The translations under genes were made by a program, and so were the position numbers. Positions 10,073-20,147 of a DNA stretch of 64,000 bases are shown here, one piece after another; positions within the stretch are counted from its first letter, which is position 1, and each line of letters starts with the position of its first letter. The notes beneath the pieces were generated by a model that ran no database searches, had not been told where the DNA came from, and worked only from the letters and a program-made list of their open reading frames with translations. Source of the stretch: Acidimicrobiia bacterium (lineage in GTDB: Bacteria; Actinomycetota; Acidimicrobiia; Spongiisociales; UBA5794); contig JAOZRW010000004.1 of the NCBI GenBank assembly GCA_029939995.1, positions 10,831-74,830 on the forward strand, in the 5' to 3' direction.

Positions 10073-11286
10073 GCCTCTTCGCCGGTGGCGATGTCCGCGA
10101 CGGCCGCCCGCCGCTCCTCCGAGCGGTTGGCGTCGCCCTGGACCTCGAGGAGCTCGATCCTCGTCTCGTCCGCGAGATCCGCAGCCGATACGTCGGCGGC
10201 GGCGAGCCGCGCTTCGACCCCTTCGTCGACGAGCCGCCGCGCCTCGTCGAGGAGCGCCGAGACCATCTCGGCTTCGGGCACGACGCGAACGACCTGCCCC
10301 TTGATGAACAGATGGCCCTTTCCGCGCCCGGCCGCGATCCCGATGTCCGCCTCTCGCGCCTCACCCGGCCCGTTCACGATGCACCCCATGATGGCCACCT
10401 GGATGGGGAGTTTCGCCTCTTCGAGCGCAGCCGTGGCGTCGGCGGCCACCTTGATGACGTCGACCTCGGCCCGCCCGCACGATGGGCATGCGATCAGGTC
10501 GAGCCCGGTTCGCTCGCGGAGGCCGAGGTATTCGAGCAGCTGCCGGCCTGCTTTGGCCTCCTCGACGGGATCCGCGGTGAGCGAGAACCGGATCGTGTCC
10601 CCGATGCCCTCGAGAAGCAGCGTCGCGATCCCGGCGACGGACTTGATCAGGCCGCCGGGCGGCGGACCGGCCTCGGTGACGCCCAGGTGGAGCGGATAGT
10701 CGACGCGATCGGCGAGCAGCCGGTAGGACTCGACCATCAGCGGCACGTTCGAGTGTTTGACGGAGATCTTGATGTCCGTGAAGCCGACGTCCTCGAGGTA
10801 GCTGATCTCGTGCAGCGCCGATCGAACGAGCGCCTCGGGAACGGGGGCTCCGAACTCTGCGAGGAGGTCCTTGTCGAGAGAGCCGGCGTTGACTCCCACC
10901 CGGATGGAGACCCCGGCGTCGGACGCGGCCCGGGCCACCTCTTTGATGTGGGCTTCCTTGCGGATGTTCCCCGGGTTGAGGCGGAGGCCTGCGACACCGG
11001 CTTCGAGCGCGGCGAGCGCGAGGCGGTGGTGGAAGTGGATGTCGGCGATGATCGGCACCGGCGATCGGGGCACGATCTCTGCCAGGCCCTGTGCTGCATC
11101 GACGTCGTTGCACGTGATGCGCACGATGTCCGCCCCGGCCCCTCCCAGGGCGTACACCTGGGCGAGCGTCGCGTTCACGTCGGCGGTCTTCGTGGTCGTC
11201 ATCGACTGCGCCGAGACCGGGCTGCGTCCGCCGACGGGAACCGGACCGACCATGAGTTTGCGCGAATCTCGACGCGTGATCGCCAT
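10069..11286 (-). CDS. ispG: 4-hydroxy-3-methylbut-2-enyl diphosphate synthase
   Basis: 405 aa: VGGRSPVSAQSMTTTKT...IVRITCN, C-terminal Fe-S Cys (ACPSCGR...GCIVNGPGE). Confidence 0.95.
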   Translation of the reverse strand: MAITRRDSRKLMVGPVPVGGRSPVSAQSMTTTKTADVNATLAQVYALGGAGADIVRITCNDVDAAQGLAEIVPRSPVPIIADIHFHHRLALAALEAGVAGLRLNPGNIRKEAHIKEVARAASDAGVSIRVGVNAGSLDKDLLAEFGAPVPEALVRSALHEISYLEDVGFTDIKISVKHSNVPLMVESYRLLADRVDYPLHLGVTEAGPPPGGLIKSVAGIATLLLEGIGDTIRFSLTADPVEEAKAGRQLLEYLGLRERTGLDLIACPSCGRAEVDVIKVAADATAALEEAKLPIQVAIMGCIVNGPGEAREADIGIAAGRGKGHLFIKGQVVRVVPEAEMVSALLDEARRLVDEGVEARLAAADVSAADLADETRIELLEVQGDANRSEERRAAVADIATGEEA

Positions 11287-11329
11287 GCGACCATGGTAGA
11301 GAACTGTCGCCGGGTAGCCGGGGAGCCGG

Positions 11330-12490
11330 CTACATCTGGATGGGTTTGAAGATGTCGAGATAGACGCCCATCAGACCGACGGTAACGAGGAAGATGATCA
11401 CGACGGCCGCGACGGGCATGAGCTTCGTGACGTCGGGGGCGCGTCCACGGATCTTCTCGTAGAGGGCCACGGCGAAGTGGCCGCCGTCGAGCGGGTAGAG
11501 CGGGATGAAGTTGAGGACGCCGACGAACACGTTCACGAGGGCGAGCATCATCAGCGTGCTCTCCAGCGGGCCGGCCAGTCGCACGAGACCGATCGGGCTG
11601 ATCGGTCGAACTTCGTCGAGCACCTCCTGGTTCCCCCCGAAGATGGATGCGATGAGTTTCGGGAATCCGACGATCATCTGCCAGAGACCCTGGACGCTCT
11701 GGGTGACCGCTCTCCCGATCCCTTCGAACACGTTCGCGACGACTCCGGTGAAACCGACGTGCTCTCTGGCGACTTCGGGGGCGGCGCCGAAGTACCCGGC
11801 CTTCTCGTAGACGACGTTCCCGTCCTGATCCAGGACGATCTCGTCGTCGACGACCACAGGCACGTCGGTGTACGCCAGTTGGATCGTGGTCTCGGCTCGT
11901 TCGCCGTCCCGTTCGAAGCCGATGACGGCGGTCTCCCCGCCGTCGGCGCGAACGAGGTCCACGAACTCGTCCCAGGTGGCGATGGGGGCGCCGTCGTACG
12001 TTTCGAGCGTGTCCCCGGCCAGGAACCCGGCTGTGGATGCAGGCGAGGCGGTGTTGCCGTCGGGCGTGGTGGCGGCGACGACCGACAGGGTCAGGGTCGG
12101 AATCGGTTGACCGGCGTCATCGGTCGCGACCGTTCCCCACGTGGCGAAGACGATCGCGAGGAGGATCGCCGCCACGACGAAGTGGCTGAAGATCCCGGCG
12201 AGCACGACGACGGACTTCTTCCAGAACACGGCGGTTCGGTAGGTGCGTTCCTCTTCGCCCGGATCGATCTCTTCGAGCGGATTCATGCCGATGATCCGGA
12301 CGTAGCCGCCGAGCGGGATGGCTTTGATCCCGTACTCGGTCTCGCCGCGCGTCGTCGACCAGATGCGCGGGCCGAAGCCGAAGAACGCTTCGGTGGCTTT
12401 CATGCCGAACGCTTTCGCAGCTACGAAGTGCGCACCCTCGTGGATAACGATCATCAGCACGATGCCGATGATCATCACGGCGGTCCCCAT
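11330..12490 (-). CDS. rseP: Site-2 (M50) zinc metalloprotease, RseP/Rip1-like
   Basis: HEGAHF (HExxH) in TM1, a central PDZ-like segment, and NFIPLYPLDGGH near the C-terminus. Conserved dxr-rseP-ispG order. Confidence 0.9.
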   Translation of the reverse strand: MGTAVMIIGIVLMIVIHEGAHFVAAKAFGMKATEAFFGFGPRIWSTTRGETEYGIKAIPLGGYVRIIGMNPLEEIDPGEEERTYRTAVFWKKSVVVLAGIFSHFVVAAILLAIVFATWGTVATDDAGQPIPTLTLSVVAATTPDGNTASPASTAGFLAGDTLETYDGAPIATWDEFVDLVRADGGETAVIGFERDGERAETTIQLAYTDVPVVVDDEIVLDQDGNVVYEKAGYFGAAPEVAREHVGFTGVVANVFEGIGRAVTQSVQGLWQMIVGFPKLIASIFGGNQEVLDEVRPISPIGLVRLAGPLESTLMMLALVNVFVGVLNFIPLYPLDGGHFAVALYEKIRGRAPDVTKLMPVAAVVIIFLVTVGLMGVYLDIFKPIQM

Positions 12491-12543
12491 CAGCGCAGCC
12501 TCGTCGTCGTGGTCATCGGTTCAACGGTACCCATCGATGCCCG

Positions 12544-13698
12544 TTACCGGAAAGTCCGGGACCCCACCGCTTCGCGGGCGGCCTCCCGACCCGTCGCGTC
12601 GGCTTCGAGCGCCTCGGAGAGCGTGGTCACGGACGCGGGGCGCACCGCCTCGAGTGTCTCTTCGACGACGACGGCGATGTCGGTGAACCGGATACGACCA
12701 TCGAGGAACGCCGCCACAGCCACCTCGTCGGCCGCGTTGAGAACCGCCGGCCCGTTCCCTCCCCGCCTCCCCGCCCGGTATCCGAGGTCGAGGGCGGGGA
12801 ATCGCTCCCGGTCTGGTACGGCGAACACCAGTTCCACGCCGGCCAGGTCCGCAGGTTCGACGCTCGCCCGGACGCGATGCGGCGCCGTCAGCGCGTTCTG
12901 GATCGGCTTGCGCATGTCGGGGGGACCGACCTCCGCCTTCACGACCCCGTCGACGAACTCGACGAACGAGTGCACGTAGCTCGTCGGGTGGATCATCACG
13001 TCGATCTGGTCGTAGCCGAGGCCGAACAGGAAGTGCGCTTCGATGACCTCGAACGCCTTGTTCATGAGCGTCGCGGAGTCGATCGAGATTCTGCGCCCCA
13101 TGCTCCACGTCGGATGCGCAAGGGCGTCGCTCACCGAAACGTCGCAGAGGTTCACATCGGGCCGGGCGTGAAACGGCCCGCCCGACGCCGTCAGGATCAC
13201 GCGTCGCACCTCTTCGGGTTCTTCACCCCTGAGACAGTGCCAGACGGCCGAGTGCTCGCTGTCGACGGGGATGAGGTCACCGTCCGAGGAGCAGAGCGTC
13301 TCCAGCACGATGGGCCCGCCGGTCAACAGGCTCTCCTTGTTCGCAAGTGCGAGCCGGTTACCCGTCTCCAGAGCGGCGAGGGTCGGTTCGAGACCCGCCG
13401 ATCCGACGATGCCGTTGACGACGGTCGTCTGCGGCGACCGTGCGAGTGCCGTGACCGCTTCGGGCCCGAAATCGATCCTGCGTTCGAGTGCCGCATCGAT
13501 GCGCTTCTCCGGGGGATGTGCGACCGCGATGGACGCGTCCGGGTAGCGTCGGGCCAGCTCGATGATGTGCGCCGACAGCGTCCCCGCCGCCATCCCGTGC
13601 ACGGGGAGGCCGAGGTGATCCGCGACTTCGAGCGTCTGCCGACCGATCGATCCCGTGGCGCCGAGGACGACGACCGGGGTCAGAGCAGCCCCAGCCAC
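12544..13698 (-). CDS. dxr: 1-deoxy-D-xylulose 5-phosphate reductoisomerase
   Basis: Core of ORF 12544..14262 starting VAGAALTPVVVLGATGSIGRQTLEV. GTG 13698 overlaps the cdsA 3' end. The upstream 190 codons are Arg-rich and overlap cdsA, so I reject them. Confidence 0.9.
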   Translation of the reverse strand: MAGAALTPVVVLGATGSIGRQTLEVADHLGLPVHGMAAGTLSAHIIELARRYPDASIAVAHPPEKRIDAALERRIDFGPEAVTALARSPQTTVVNGIVGSAGLEPTLAALETGNRLALANKESLLTGGPIVLETLCSSDGDLIPVDSEHSAVWHCLRGEEPEEVRRVILTASGGPFHARPDVNLCDVSVSDALAHPTWSMGRRISIDSATLMNKAFEVIEAHFLFGLGYDQIDVMIHPTSYVHSFVEFVDGVVKAEVGPPDMRKPIQNALTAPHRVRASVEPADLAGVELVFAVPDRERFPALDLGYRAGRRGGNGPAVLNAADEVAVAAFLDGRIRFTDIAVVVEETLEAVRPASVTTLSEALEADATGREAAREAVGSRTFR

Positions 13699-15551
13699 AG
13701 CAATGCCGCCCACGCTGCGGGGAGGACCGCGATGATCGCGTCCACGCGGTCGAGGAGGCCTCCGTGGCCGGGGAGGATCGAGCCCATGTCCTTGATGTCG
13801 AGCGATCGCTTCACGACCGAGACGGCGAGATCGCCGAGCGGAGCGAACACGGCCACCACGGCGCCCAGCAGAAGCCCCGCCGGCAGATCGATGGATGAGA
13901 CGAAGAAGCTCGCCACGGATCCCGCCAGGAACGCCATCAGCGTGCCGCCGACGAATCCTTCGATCGTCTTCTTCGGAGATATGATGGGGGCGAACGGTCG
14001 CCGTCCGATGGCTCGACCGACGCCGTACGCCGCTATATCGACGAGTGCCACCATCGCGATCACCGTCAGCACGAGCGCCTGGTAGTCGTCGGATGCGATG
14101 ATCGGGAACGCGAACGCTCCGAGCCCGCCAGTCCAGAACGCTACGAGGATCGTGAGTGTGAACCCCGTGACGGCTCCTCTGCGCCGTTGGCTCACCGCGT
14201 CGAAGAGCAGGAGGACGGTGATCATCAGCGCGAAGGTGATCGGGATCGCGATGACGCCCCATACGACGGTTCCGAGCCCGGCTCCGACGATCCCGAGGAA
14301 TCCGAAGATCGACACGGGCTTGTAGCGGCGATGGATCAGGACGCTGTAGAACTCGCCGGCGGCGATGACGAACACGGCCAGGGCGAGCACGATGATCGCA
14401 GGGCGCCAGAGAAGCGAAGCAGCGAACGCCACGATGAGCGCCACCGCGGTGCCGACCCGCACGAGGAGGTCGGATGGCGTCCTCGGTGGTGTCGCGGGGG
14501 CACCGGCGTCGTCGCCCGCCGCCGCCACGACGTCGTCGAACCCGACGACGCCGGACTCGAGCCCGGGAATCGCCGCGGAGACCGCTACCTGCTCGGTTTC
14601 GGTCCCCCGGGCCGCGGTCACGGCGGCCGCCAGCTCATGATGCTCACGGGTGGCGGCGTGGAGATAGTGTTCCGAGGTGAGTTCGTCGTCGTCCTGGTAG
14701 TCGAAAACGGGCGATCCCGTCCCCGGGGCAGCCTCCCCTCCGGTTGCAGCAACGATCGGGATCTCCCCGGTGTCGTCGATGCCGATATCGGTTCCGTCCC
14801 CCCCGTCGGCCGTCTCGTCCACGATGGGTGCGACGATCGGGATCACCGGCACCGCCTGCAGCTCGTCCGCCGCAGCCGTTTCCGTCGGGACGTCTGGTTC
14901 CGGTTCGTCCTCCGGTTCAGGAGCCTCCGGCTCTTCGACGACCGGCGCGATCGCCGCCCGGTCCTCGACGGCGATCTCCTTTTCGTCGCCGTCCGGCTGC
15001 TCTTCGACTGCTTCGTCGAGGAAGAACTCGTTCGTGTCGTCCCGCGGTTCGTCGCCTGCGTCGTCGACCGGCTCGATGATCGGCGTGTCGATGCCGTCGC
15101 CTTCCGATGGCCCGTCGTCCACATCCGACCCGCCGTCCGTCACGTCGACGACGACGTCGGGTTCGTGTTCATCCGCTCCACTGCTGCTCGCGGCGTTGGT
15201 GAATGCCATCCACTCTGCGATCTCGGCTGCGTCGTCGTCCTCGTCCGGAGTGCTCAGGGACGTGTACGGGTCGCCGGTCGTCGTCTCGCCTTCCTCGCCG
15301 TCGAGCCATCCGTCGAACCCGGGATCGGATTTCGCCGGGTGTGGTTCGAGGTCGTCGGAGTCTTCGGGCAGTTCGAGTTCGCCGGTCACGTCGTGGTCGT
15401 CCATATGCCGTGAGGGTACTTCGGGTGGGGGCGAGAGTGGCGTATCTGACGTCCGGGGCTCCGGTTCCGGGATCGCCCCGGCGTCCGCCGTGTCCCCGAC
15501 GCTCCGGGTCGCGTCGCCGCCGTTCGAAGGGCGATCGTCGTCGGTGCGCAT
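13680..15551 (-). CDS. cdsA: Phosphatidate cytidylyltransferase with a roughly 360-aa acidic N-terminal extension
   Basis: The C-terminal ~260 aa is a multi-TM CdsA core (SPKKTIEGFVGG..., GDLAVSVVKRSLDIKDMGSILPGHGGLLDRVD). The N-terminal part is in frame, D/E/P-rich, and starts 13 nt after the frr stop. Confidence 0.85.
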   Translation of the reverse strand: MRTDDDRPSNGGDATRSVGDTADAGAIPEPEPRTSDTPLSPPPEVPSRHMDDHDVTGELELPEDSDDLEPHPAKSDPGFDGWLDGEEGETTTGDPYTSLSTPDEDDDAAEIAEWMAFTNAASSSGADEHEPDVVVDVTDGGSDVDDGPSEGDGIDTPIIEPVDDAGDEPRDDTNEFFLDEAVEEQPDGDEKEIAVEDRAAIAPVVEEPEAPEPEDEPEPDVPTETAAADELQAVPVIPIVAPIVDETADGGDGTDIGIDDTGEIPIVAATGGEAAPGTGSPVFDYQDDDELTSEHYLHAATREHHELAAAVTAARGTETEQVAVSAAIPGLESGVVGFDDVVAAAGDDAGAPATPPRTPSDLLVRVGTAVALIVAFAASLLWRPAIIVLALAVFVIAAGEFYSVLIHRRYKPVSIFGFLGIVGAGLGTVVWGVIAIPITFALMITVLLLFDAVSQRRRGAVTGFTLTILVAFWTGGLGAFAFPIIASDDYQALVLTVIAMVALVDIAAYGVGRAIGRRPFAPIISPKKTIEGFVGGTLMAFLAGSVASFFVSSIDLPAGLLLGAVVAVFAPLGDLAVSVVKRSLDIKDMGSILPGHGGLLDRVDAIIAVLPAAWAALLWLGLL

Positions 15552-15563
15552 CAGAAGCCTCCC

Positions 15564-16109
15564 TCAGACTTCGAGGAGTTCCGCTTCCTTGGCCGCCAGG
15601 CTCTCGTCGAGGCGTGCGATGTGCTCATCGGTCTTGACCTGCAGCACCTTCTCGGACCGCCGGATGTCGTCTTCAGAGACGTTTTCCTGCTCGAGCCGGT
15701 CTTTGCAGTGTCGCCGTACGTTCCTGATCGCGATCCGACCGTCCTCCGCGAGGTGTCGCACGTAGCGGATGAGTTCTCTGCGACGTTCTTCGGTGAGCGA
15801 CGGGAACACGAGCCGGATCACGTTTCCGTCGTTCGACGGGTTGAGGCCGAGGTCGGCCTCCTGGATCGCCCGCTCGATCGCGTGGATCGCCGTCTTGTCG
15901 TACGGCTGGATGACGAGGAGGCGTGCTTCGGGGACGGTGAATCCGGCGATCTGCTGCAGCGGTGTCTGGGTGCCGTAGTAGTCGACCGTGATGCGGTTCA
16001 GGAGACCAGGGTTCGCCCGACCGGTCCGGACCCGTCCGAACTCCTGAATCGTGTGAACCACGGCTTGATCCATCTTGTGATCGGCGTCTTCGAGCAGTTC
16101 GTTGATCAC
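15564..16109 (-). CDS. frr: Ribosome recycling factor
   Basis: Internal GTG 16109 preceded by TAGGAGG. (V)INELLEDADHKMDQAVVHTIQEFGRVRTGRANPGLLNRITVDYYG... Confidence 0.93.
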   Translation of the reverse strand: MINELLEDADHKMDQAVVHTIQEFGRVRTGRANPGLLNRITVDYYGTQTPLQQIAGFTVPEARLLVIQPYDKTAIHAIERAIQEADLGLNPSNDGNVIRLVFPSLTEERRRELIRYVRHLAEDGRIAIRNVRRHCKDRLEQENVSEDDIRRSEKVLQVKTDEHIARLDESLAAKEAELLEV

Positions 16110-16117
16110 GTCGCCTC

Positions 16118-16822
16118 CTAGTGAACGAGGGTCCCCACGTCCTCTCCACGCACGGCTCTGGCGATCTCGCCGGGCCGGTTCATGTTGAACACGCGGATCG
16201 GAAGGTGATTGTCCATGCACATCGTAACGGCCGTGGCGTCCATCACCCCGAGCTGCCGCTGGATCGCTTCCATGTACCCCAGATCCGGGAGGAGCACCGC
16301 GTCCGGGTTCGTCTCCGGATCCGCGTCGTAGACCCCGTCCACCTTCGTCGCTTTGAGCACCGCATCCGCGCTGATCTCGGCGCCGCGCAACGCGGCCGTT
16401 GTGTCCGTCGTGAAGAACGGGTTGCCCGTTCCACCCGCGAAGATGACGATTCGACCTTTCTCGAGGTGACGCACGGCACGCAGCCGGATGTACGGCTCGG
16501 CGACTTGCTGGATCGTGATCGCCGTCTGCACCCGTGTCGGGGAGCCGGCTCGCTCGAGCGCGTCGCGCAGAGCGAGCGCGTTGATCACGGTTGCGAGCAT
16601 GCCCATGTAGTCGGCGTTGGCGCGATCCATCCCGCCGGCGGCGGACGAGACACCCCGGAAGATGTTCCCTCCCCCGACGACGATCCCGATCTCGTAGCCT
16701 TCGGCGTGCACACCGGCGATCTCTTCGGCAACGCGGGACACGATGGCCGGGTCGATGCCGTACTGCATCTCACGATCGGCGAACGCCTCACCTGAGAGTT
16801 TGAGTACGACCCTGCGCATCAA
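16118..16822 (-). CDS. pyrH: UMP kinase
   Basis: 234 aa: [11 protein letters not shown]...GGGNIFRG... Confidence 0.95.
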   Translation of the reverse strand: MMRRVVLKLSGEAFADREMQYGIDPAIVSRVAEEIAGVHAEGYEIGIVVGGGNIFRGVSSAAGGMDRANADYMGMLATVINALALRDALERAGSPTRVQTAITIQQVAEPYIRLRAVRHLEKGRIVIFAGGTGNPFFTTDTTAALRGAEISADAVLKATKVDGVYDADPETNPDAVLLPDLGYMEAIQRQLGVMDATAVTMCMDNHLPIRVFNMNRPGEIARAVRGEDVGTLVH

Positions 16823-17436
16823 CTGTCCTCGCCGACGGCGACTCTGGCCATCTTCGCGACGCTGATGTTCTCACCCATCTTCGCTGCGAGCTGCTTGACC
16901 ATCTCTCCGACGGTGCCGTCGAAGTCGTCGCTCTTGACGTAGACCTGGTCGTAGAGGACGTTGTCGCTGAAGAAGCTGTTCAAGCGACCTTCCACGATCC
17001 GTTCGATGATGTGCTCCGGCTTGCCCTCGTTGGCAGCCTGGGCCGCGATCAGTCGCTTCTCGTCGTCGATGACGTCCTGCGGGACGTCATCGCGTGAGAT
17101 CCACTGCGGACGCGATGCGGCCGCGTGCATGGCGATGTCGTTGGCGATCTGTTGGAACTCGTCGCTCTTCGCGACGAAGTCCGTCTCGGATGCGAGGGCG
17201 ATGAGCACGCCGAGGACCGGACGGCCGGCCTGACGATGGAGGTAGTAGCCCACCGCACCTTCCGTCTGGCTTCTGCCGGCTCGCTTCGCGGCGTCGGCGA
17301 GGCCCTGCTCGCGCAGGAGGTCCTTCGCCCGGTCCATGTCGCCGCCGGTCTCCGTCAACGCGCGCTTGGCGTCCATCATCCCGGCGCCGGTCGCCTTGCG
17401 TAGTTCCTGTACGTCCTTCGCTGTGAAGTCGCTCAC
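16819..17436 (-). CDS. tsf: Elongation factor Ts (short ~200-aa form)
   Basis: [48 protein letters not shown] start overlaps the rpsB stop (GTGA). Confidence 0.93.
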   Translation of the reverse strand: MSDFTAKDVQELRKATGAGMMDAKRALTETGGDMDRAKDLLREQGLADAAKRAGRSQTEGAVGYYLHRQAGRPVLGVLIALASETDFVAKSDEFQQIANDIAMHAAASRPQWISRDDVPQDVIDDEKRLIAAQAANEGKPEHIIERIVEGRLNSFFSDNVLYDQVYVKSDDFDGTVGEMVKQLAAKMGENISVAKMARVAVGEDS

Positions 17437-18305
17437 GCCTCCTCCTTCGGGGTCTCGGGGCCGGAAGAAGCGCCCGCCGCCTCGGCCTGAATCTCCTCGA
17501 GGACGACCACGTCGGTACGGGGTGCCGGTGCCGGTTCTGCCGGTGCCGCCGCCGGCTCGGCCCCCGCAGGTCGCGGGGCGCCTCCGGTGGCCTTGGCCGG
17601 TGCTTCTTTCCGCTTCGCTTCGCGGATCTCACGCCCTTCGATGGCCGCATCGGCGAGCGCGTTGCTCACCAGGTACGCGGTTCGGATCGCGTCGTCGTTC
17701 CCGGGGATCACCAGATCCACAGGATCCGGATCGCAGTTCGTGTCGACGATCGCGATCAGCGGGATCTTCAACCGGTTCGCTTCGGCCACGGCGATGTGCT
17801 CTGTGAGGACGTCGATGACGAACACGACGTCCGGTGCGCGCTTCATGTCGCGAACACCGCCGAGAACCGTGTGGAGCTTCTCGAGTTCCCGGCGCAAGCG
17901 AAGGCGCTCTTTCTTCGGAAGCGACTCCATCTCTCCGGACGTCTCCATCTGCTCGAGCTCGAGCATGTAGAGGATCCGCTTGTGGATCGTCTGGAAGTTC
18001 GTGAGCATGCCGCCGAGCCAGCGGTGGTTCACGTACGGCATCCCGGCCTTCGTGGCGGCCTCTTCGATCGCACCCTGCGCCTGCTTCTTCGTGCCGACGA
18101 ACAGCACGGTTCCACCGTCGATGACGGTGTCGCGAACGAGGGCGTACGAGGCGTCGATCTGGGACAGCGTCTGCCGGAGATCGAGGATGTGGATCCCGTT
18201 GCGCTCCGTGAAGATGTACGGACGCATCTTCGGGTTCCAGCGACGGGTCTGATGGCCGAAATGCATTCCGGCCTCGAGCAGCTGGCGCATACTCACCGCG
18301 GACAT
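17433..18305 (-). CDS. rpsB: 30S ribosomal protein S2
   Basis: Internal ATG 18305 preceded by [45 protein letters not shown]... Ala/Pro/Glu-rich C-terminal tail. Confidence 0.95.
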   Translation of the reverse strand: MSAVSMRQLLEAGMHFGHQTRRWNPKMRPYIFTERNGIHILDLRQTLSQIDASYALVRDTVIDGGTVLFVGTKKQAQGAIEEAATKAGMPYVNHRWLGGMLTNFQTIHKRILYMLELEQMETSGEMESLPKKERLRLRRELEKLHTVLGGVRDMKRAPDVVFVIDVLTEHIAVAEANRLKIPLIAIVDTNCDPDPVDLVIPGNDDAIRTAYLVSNALADAAIEGREIREAKRKEAPAKATGGAPRPAGAEPAAAPAEPAPAPRTDVVVLEEIQAEAAGASSGPETPKEEA

Positions 18306-18414
18306 GTGGTTCCTCCTGTGTTCGGGTTCACGCCTCCGCCCACCCGGAACACCCCACAGGCCGCGTGCGCGGCCCGACCTCGGGGGCTTGTAGTGGACGT
18401 GCGAATTGCCCGCG

Positions 18415-18443
18415 AGTGTAGGTCCCGCAACGCCATAGCCCAA
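18415..18443 (-). promoter_or_regulatory. Putative rpsB-tsf promoter (TTGGGC-N17-TACACT on minus strand)
   Basis: The -35/-10-like hexamers have 17-nt spacing and lie about 110 nt upstream of the rpsB ATG, inside the 206-nt gap after the sigma-factor gene. Confidence 0.4.
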
Positions 18444-18504
18444 GAGGCGCCTCGATGGGCCTTCGGGACTTCCGGCTCGGTCGCCTCACCGGCCGGAGAA
18501 GAAC

Positions 18505-18521
18505 GGAGCCGTTACGGCTCC
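18505..18521 (-). terminator. Hairpin GGAGCCG-TAA-CGGCTCC enclosing the sigma-factor stop codon, followed by GTTCTTCTCC
   Basis: Perfect 7-bp stem read on the minus strand, with a T-rich trailing sequence, at the end of a gene followed by a 200-nt gap. Confidence 0.4.
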
Positions 18522-19294
18522 ATGAGCCGATTCTTCAGGCTCAACACCGCTTTCGTGTGGATCTGACAGACCCGCGATTCGGTGACGTTCAGGACGGAGC
18601 CGATCTCGGCGAGGGTCAGCCCCTCGAAGTAGTACAGGGTCACCACGAGCCGGTCTCGCTCCGGAAGCCGGTTGATGGAGTCGATGAGGAGATACCGGGT
18701 CTCTTCCTGCTCGAACGTCCCGCTCGGGTCGAGAGCGCGCGCGTCGGCCACCACGTCCCCGATCGCCGCCGAGTCCCGTTCGTCGGGGTTCAGCACCTCG
18801 TCGAGAGCGACGAAGCCGAGCGTCGAGAGCTCGCCGAGCTGGCTGCGAAGCGAGTCCACGGGGATCCCCATGTGATCGGCCAGTTCCTGTTCGGTCGCTG
18901 ACCGCTGGAGGGTGTGCTCGAGTTCCGCCATGGACCGCTGGATCTCGCGGGCTCTCGCCCGGACCGACCGAGGCACCCAGTCGAGCGCGCGCAGCTCGTC
19001 GAGGATGGCGCCCTTGATGCGGTTCACGGCGTACGTCTCGAACTTGTATCCGCGTTCGGGCTCGAACTTGTCGATCGCGTCGATCAGGCCGAACGTGCCG
19101 TAGGAGACGAGGTCGGAGGGATCGACGTTGCGCGGAAGCCCCGATCCGAGACGACCCGCGACGAACTTGACGAGCGGTGAGAAGTGCAGGATCAGGCCTT
19201 CGCGGGCTCTCAGATCCCCGTCGCTCTTGAAGCGGTCCCAGAGCGCGGCCAGTTCGTCGTCTGCTCGCTCATGCACGTGGGTGACTCCGCTCAT
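18512..19294 (-). CDS. whiG: RNA polymerase sigma factor, FliA/WhiG (sigma-28, group 3) family
   Basis: [48 protein letters not shown] (regions 2-3) and [42 protein letters not shown] (region 4.2) are FliA/WhiG signatures. Located between xerC and rpsB. Start uncertain: ATG 19294 or GTG 19276, both overlapping the xerC 3' end. Confidence 0.85.
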   Translation of the reverse strand: MSGVTHVHERADDELAALWDRFKSDGDLRAREGLILHFSPLVKFVAGRLGSGLPRNVDPSDLVSYGTFGLIDAIDKFEPERGYKFETYAVNRIKGAILDELRALDWVPRSVRARAREIQRSMAELEHTLQRSATEQELADHMGIPVDSLRSQLGELSTLGFVALDEVLNPDERDSAAIGDVVADARALDPSGTFEQEETRYLLIDSINRLPERDRLVVTLYYFEGLTLAEIGSVLNVTESRVCQIHTKAVLSLKNRLMEP

Positions 19295-20147
19295 AGGTCT
19301 TTCTGAGATGCTCTCGCGTGACGGCAGTGTATATCTGCGTGGTTGCCAGTTCCGAGTGGCCGAGGAGATCTTGCACGGCCCGCAGATCCGCACCTCCCTC
19401 GAGAAGGTGGGTGGCGTACGAATGGCGGAGCGCGTGGGGAAAGGTTCCGAGCCGCCTCTGGACGACCCTCCGGATCCCCCGTGTGTCGAGCCGACCTCCC
19501 CGGACCCCGACCCAGAGGGCGTCGCCGGTGTCGGGGCCGATCAACGCGGGACGCCCGGATTCCACGTACGCGGCCGTCGCACGCACCGCCTGTCTGCCGA
19601 CCGGGACGGCGCGCTCCTTGTTCCCCTTCCCACGGACCGTCACGAAGTCGCCGGCGGCGATGTCCGAGACGGTCATCGCGGCGACTTCGGAAACGCGCAG
19701 ACCCGTTCCGTACAGCACCTCGAGAAGCGCCCGATCGCGAAGGTCGACGGGATCGGATCCGTCCATGGCGTCGAGGAACTGTTCGAGCGTCGGTGCGGGG
19801 ATCGCCTTCGGAAGCGTCCCCGGGCGCTTCGGCTGGGGCACGCCGGCGGCGGGATTCGCCGGGATCGCCCCGCGGCGAGCCGAGTCCTCGAGAAACGCCC
19901 GAACGGACGACGCCTTGCGGGCCACCGATCGCTGCGCGTAGTTCAGACTCGTGAGCTGCGCGAGGAAGCGACGGACGGTTCGCCGGTCGACCTCGCCGAG
20001 CCGGTCGATGCCGAGCCGGTGACACATCGTCGTGAACTGGCTCAGGTCCCGTCCGTAGGCTTCGATCGTGTTAACCGACAGCCCGCGTTCGGCATCGAGA
20101 CGCGTCAGGTAGTCGGCGACCGCCGCGTCGATGCCCCCGTTTCTCAT
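19269..20147 (-). CDS. xerC: Tyrosine recombinase XerC
   Basis: 292 aa. N-terminal SAM-like domain; C-terminal [37 protein letters not shown] (R-H-R-Y catalytic set). Confidence 0.9.
   Translation of the reverse strand: MRNGGIDAAVADYLTRLDAERGLSVNTIEAYGRDLSQFTTMCHRLGIDRLGEVDRRTVRRFLAQLTSLNYAQRSVARKASSVRAFLEDSARRGAIPANPAAGVPQPKRPGTLPKAIPAPTLEQFLDAMDGSDPVDLRDRALLEVLYGTGLRVSEVAAMTVSDIAAGDFVTVRGKGNKERAVPVGRQAVRATAAYVESGRPALIGPDTGDALWVGVRGGRLDTRGIRRVVQRRLGTFPHALRHSYATHLLEGGADLRAVQDLLGHSELATTQIYTAVTREHLRKTYERSHPRA

Noticed and set aside
13699-14262. Upstream extension of the dxr ORF
   Set aside because: It overlaps the cdsA membrane core in another frame and is Arg-rich. The Dxr NADPH-binding motif VVVLGATGSIGRQ lies right after GTG 13698.
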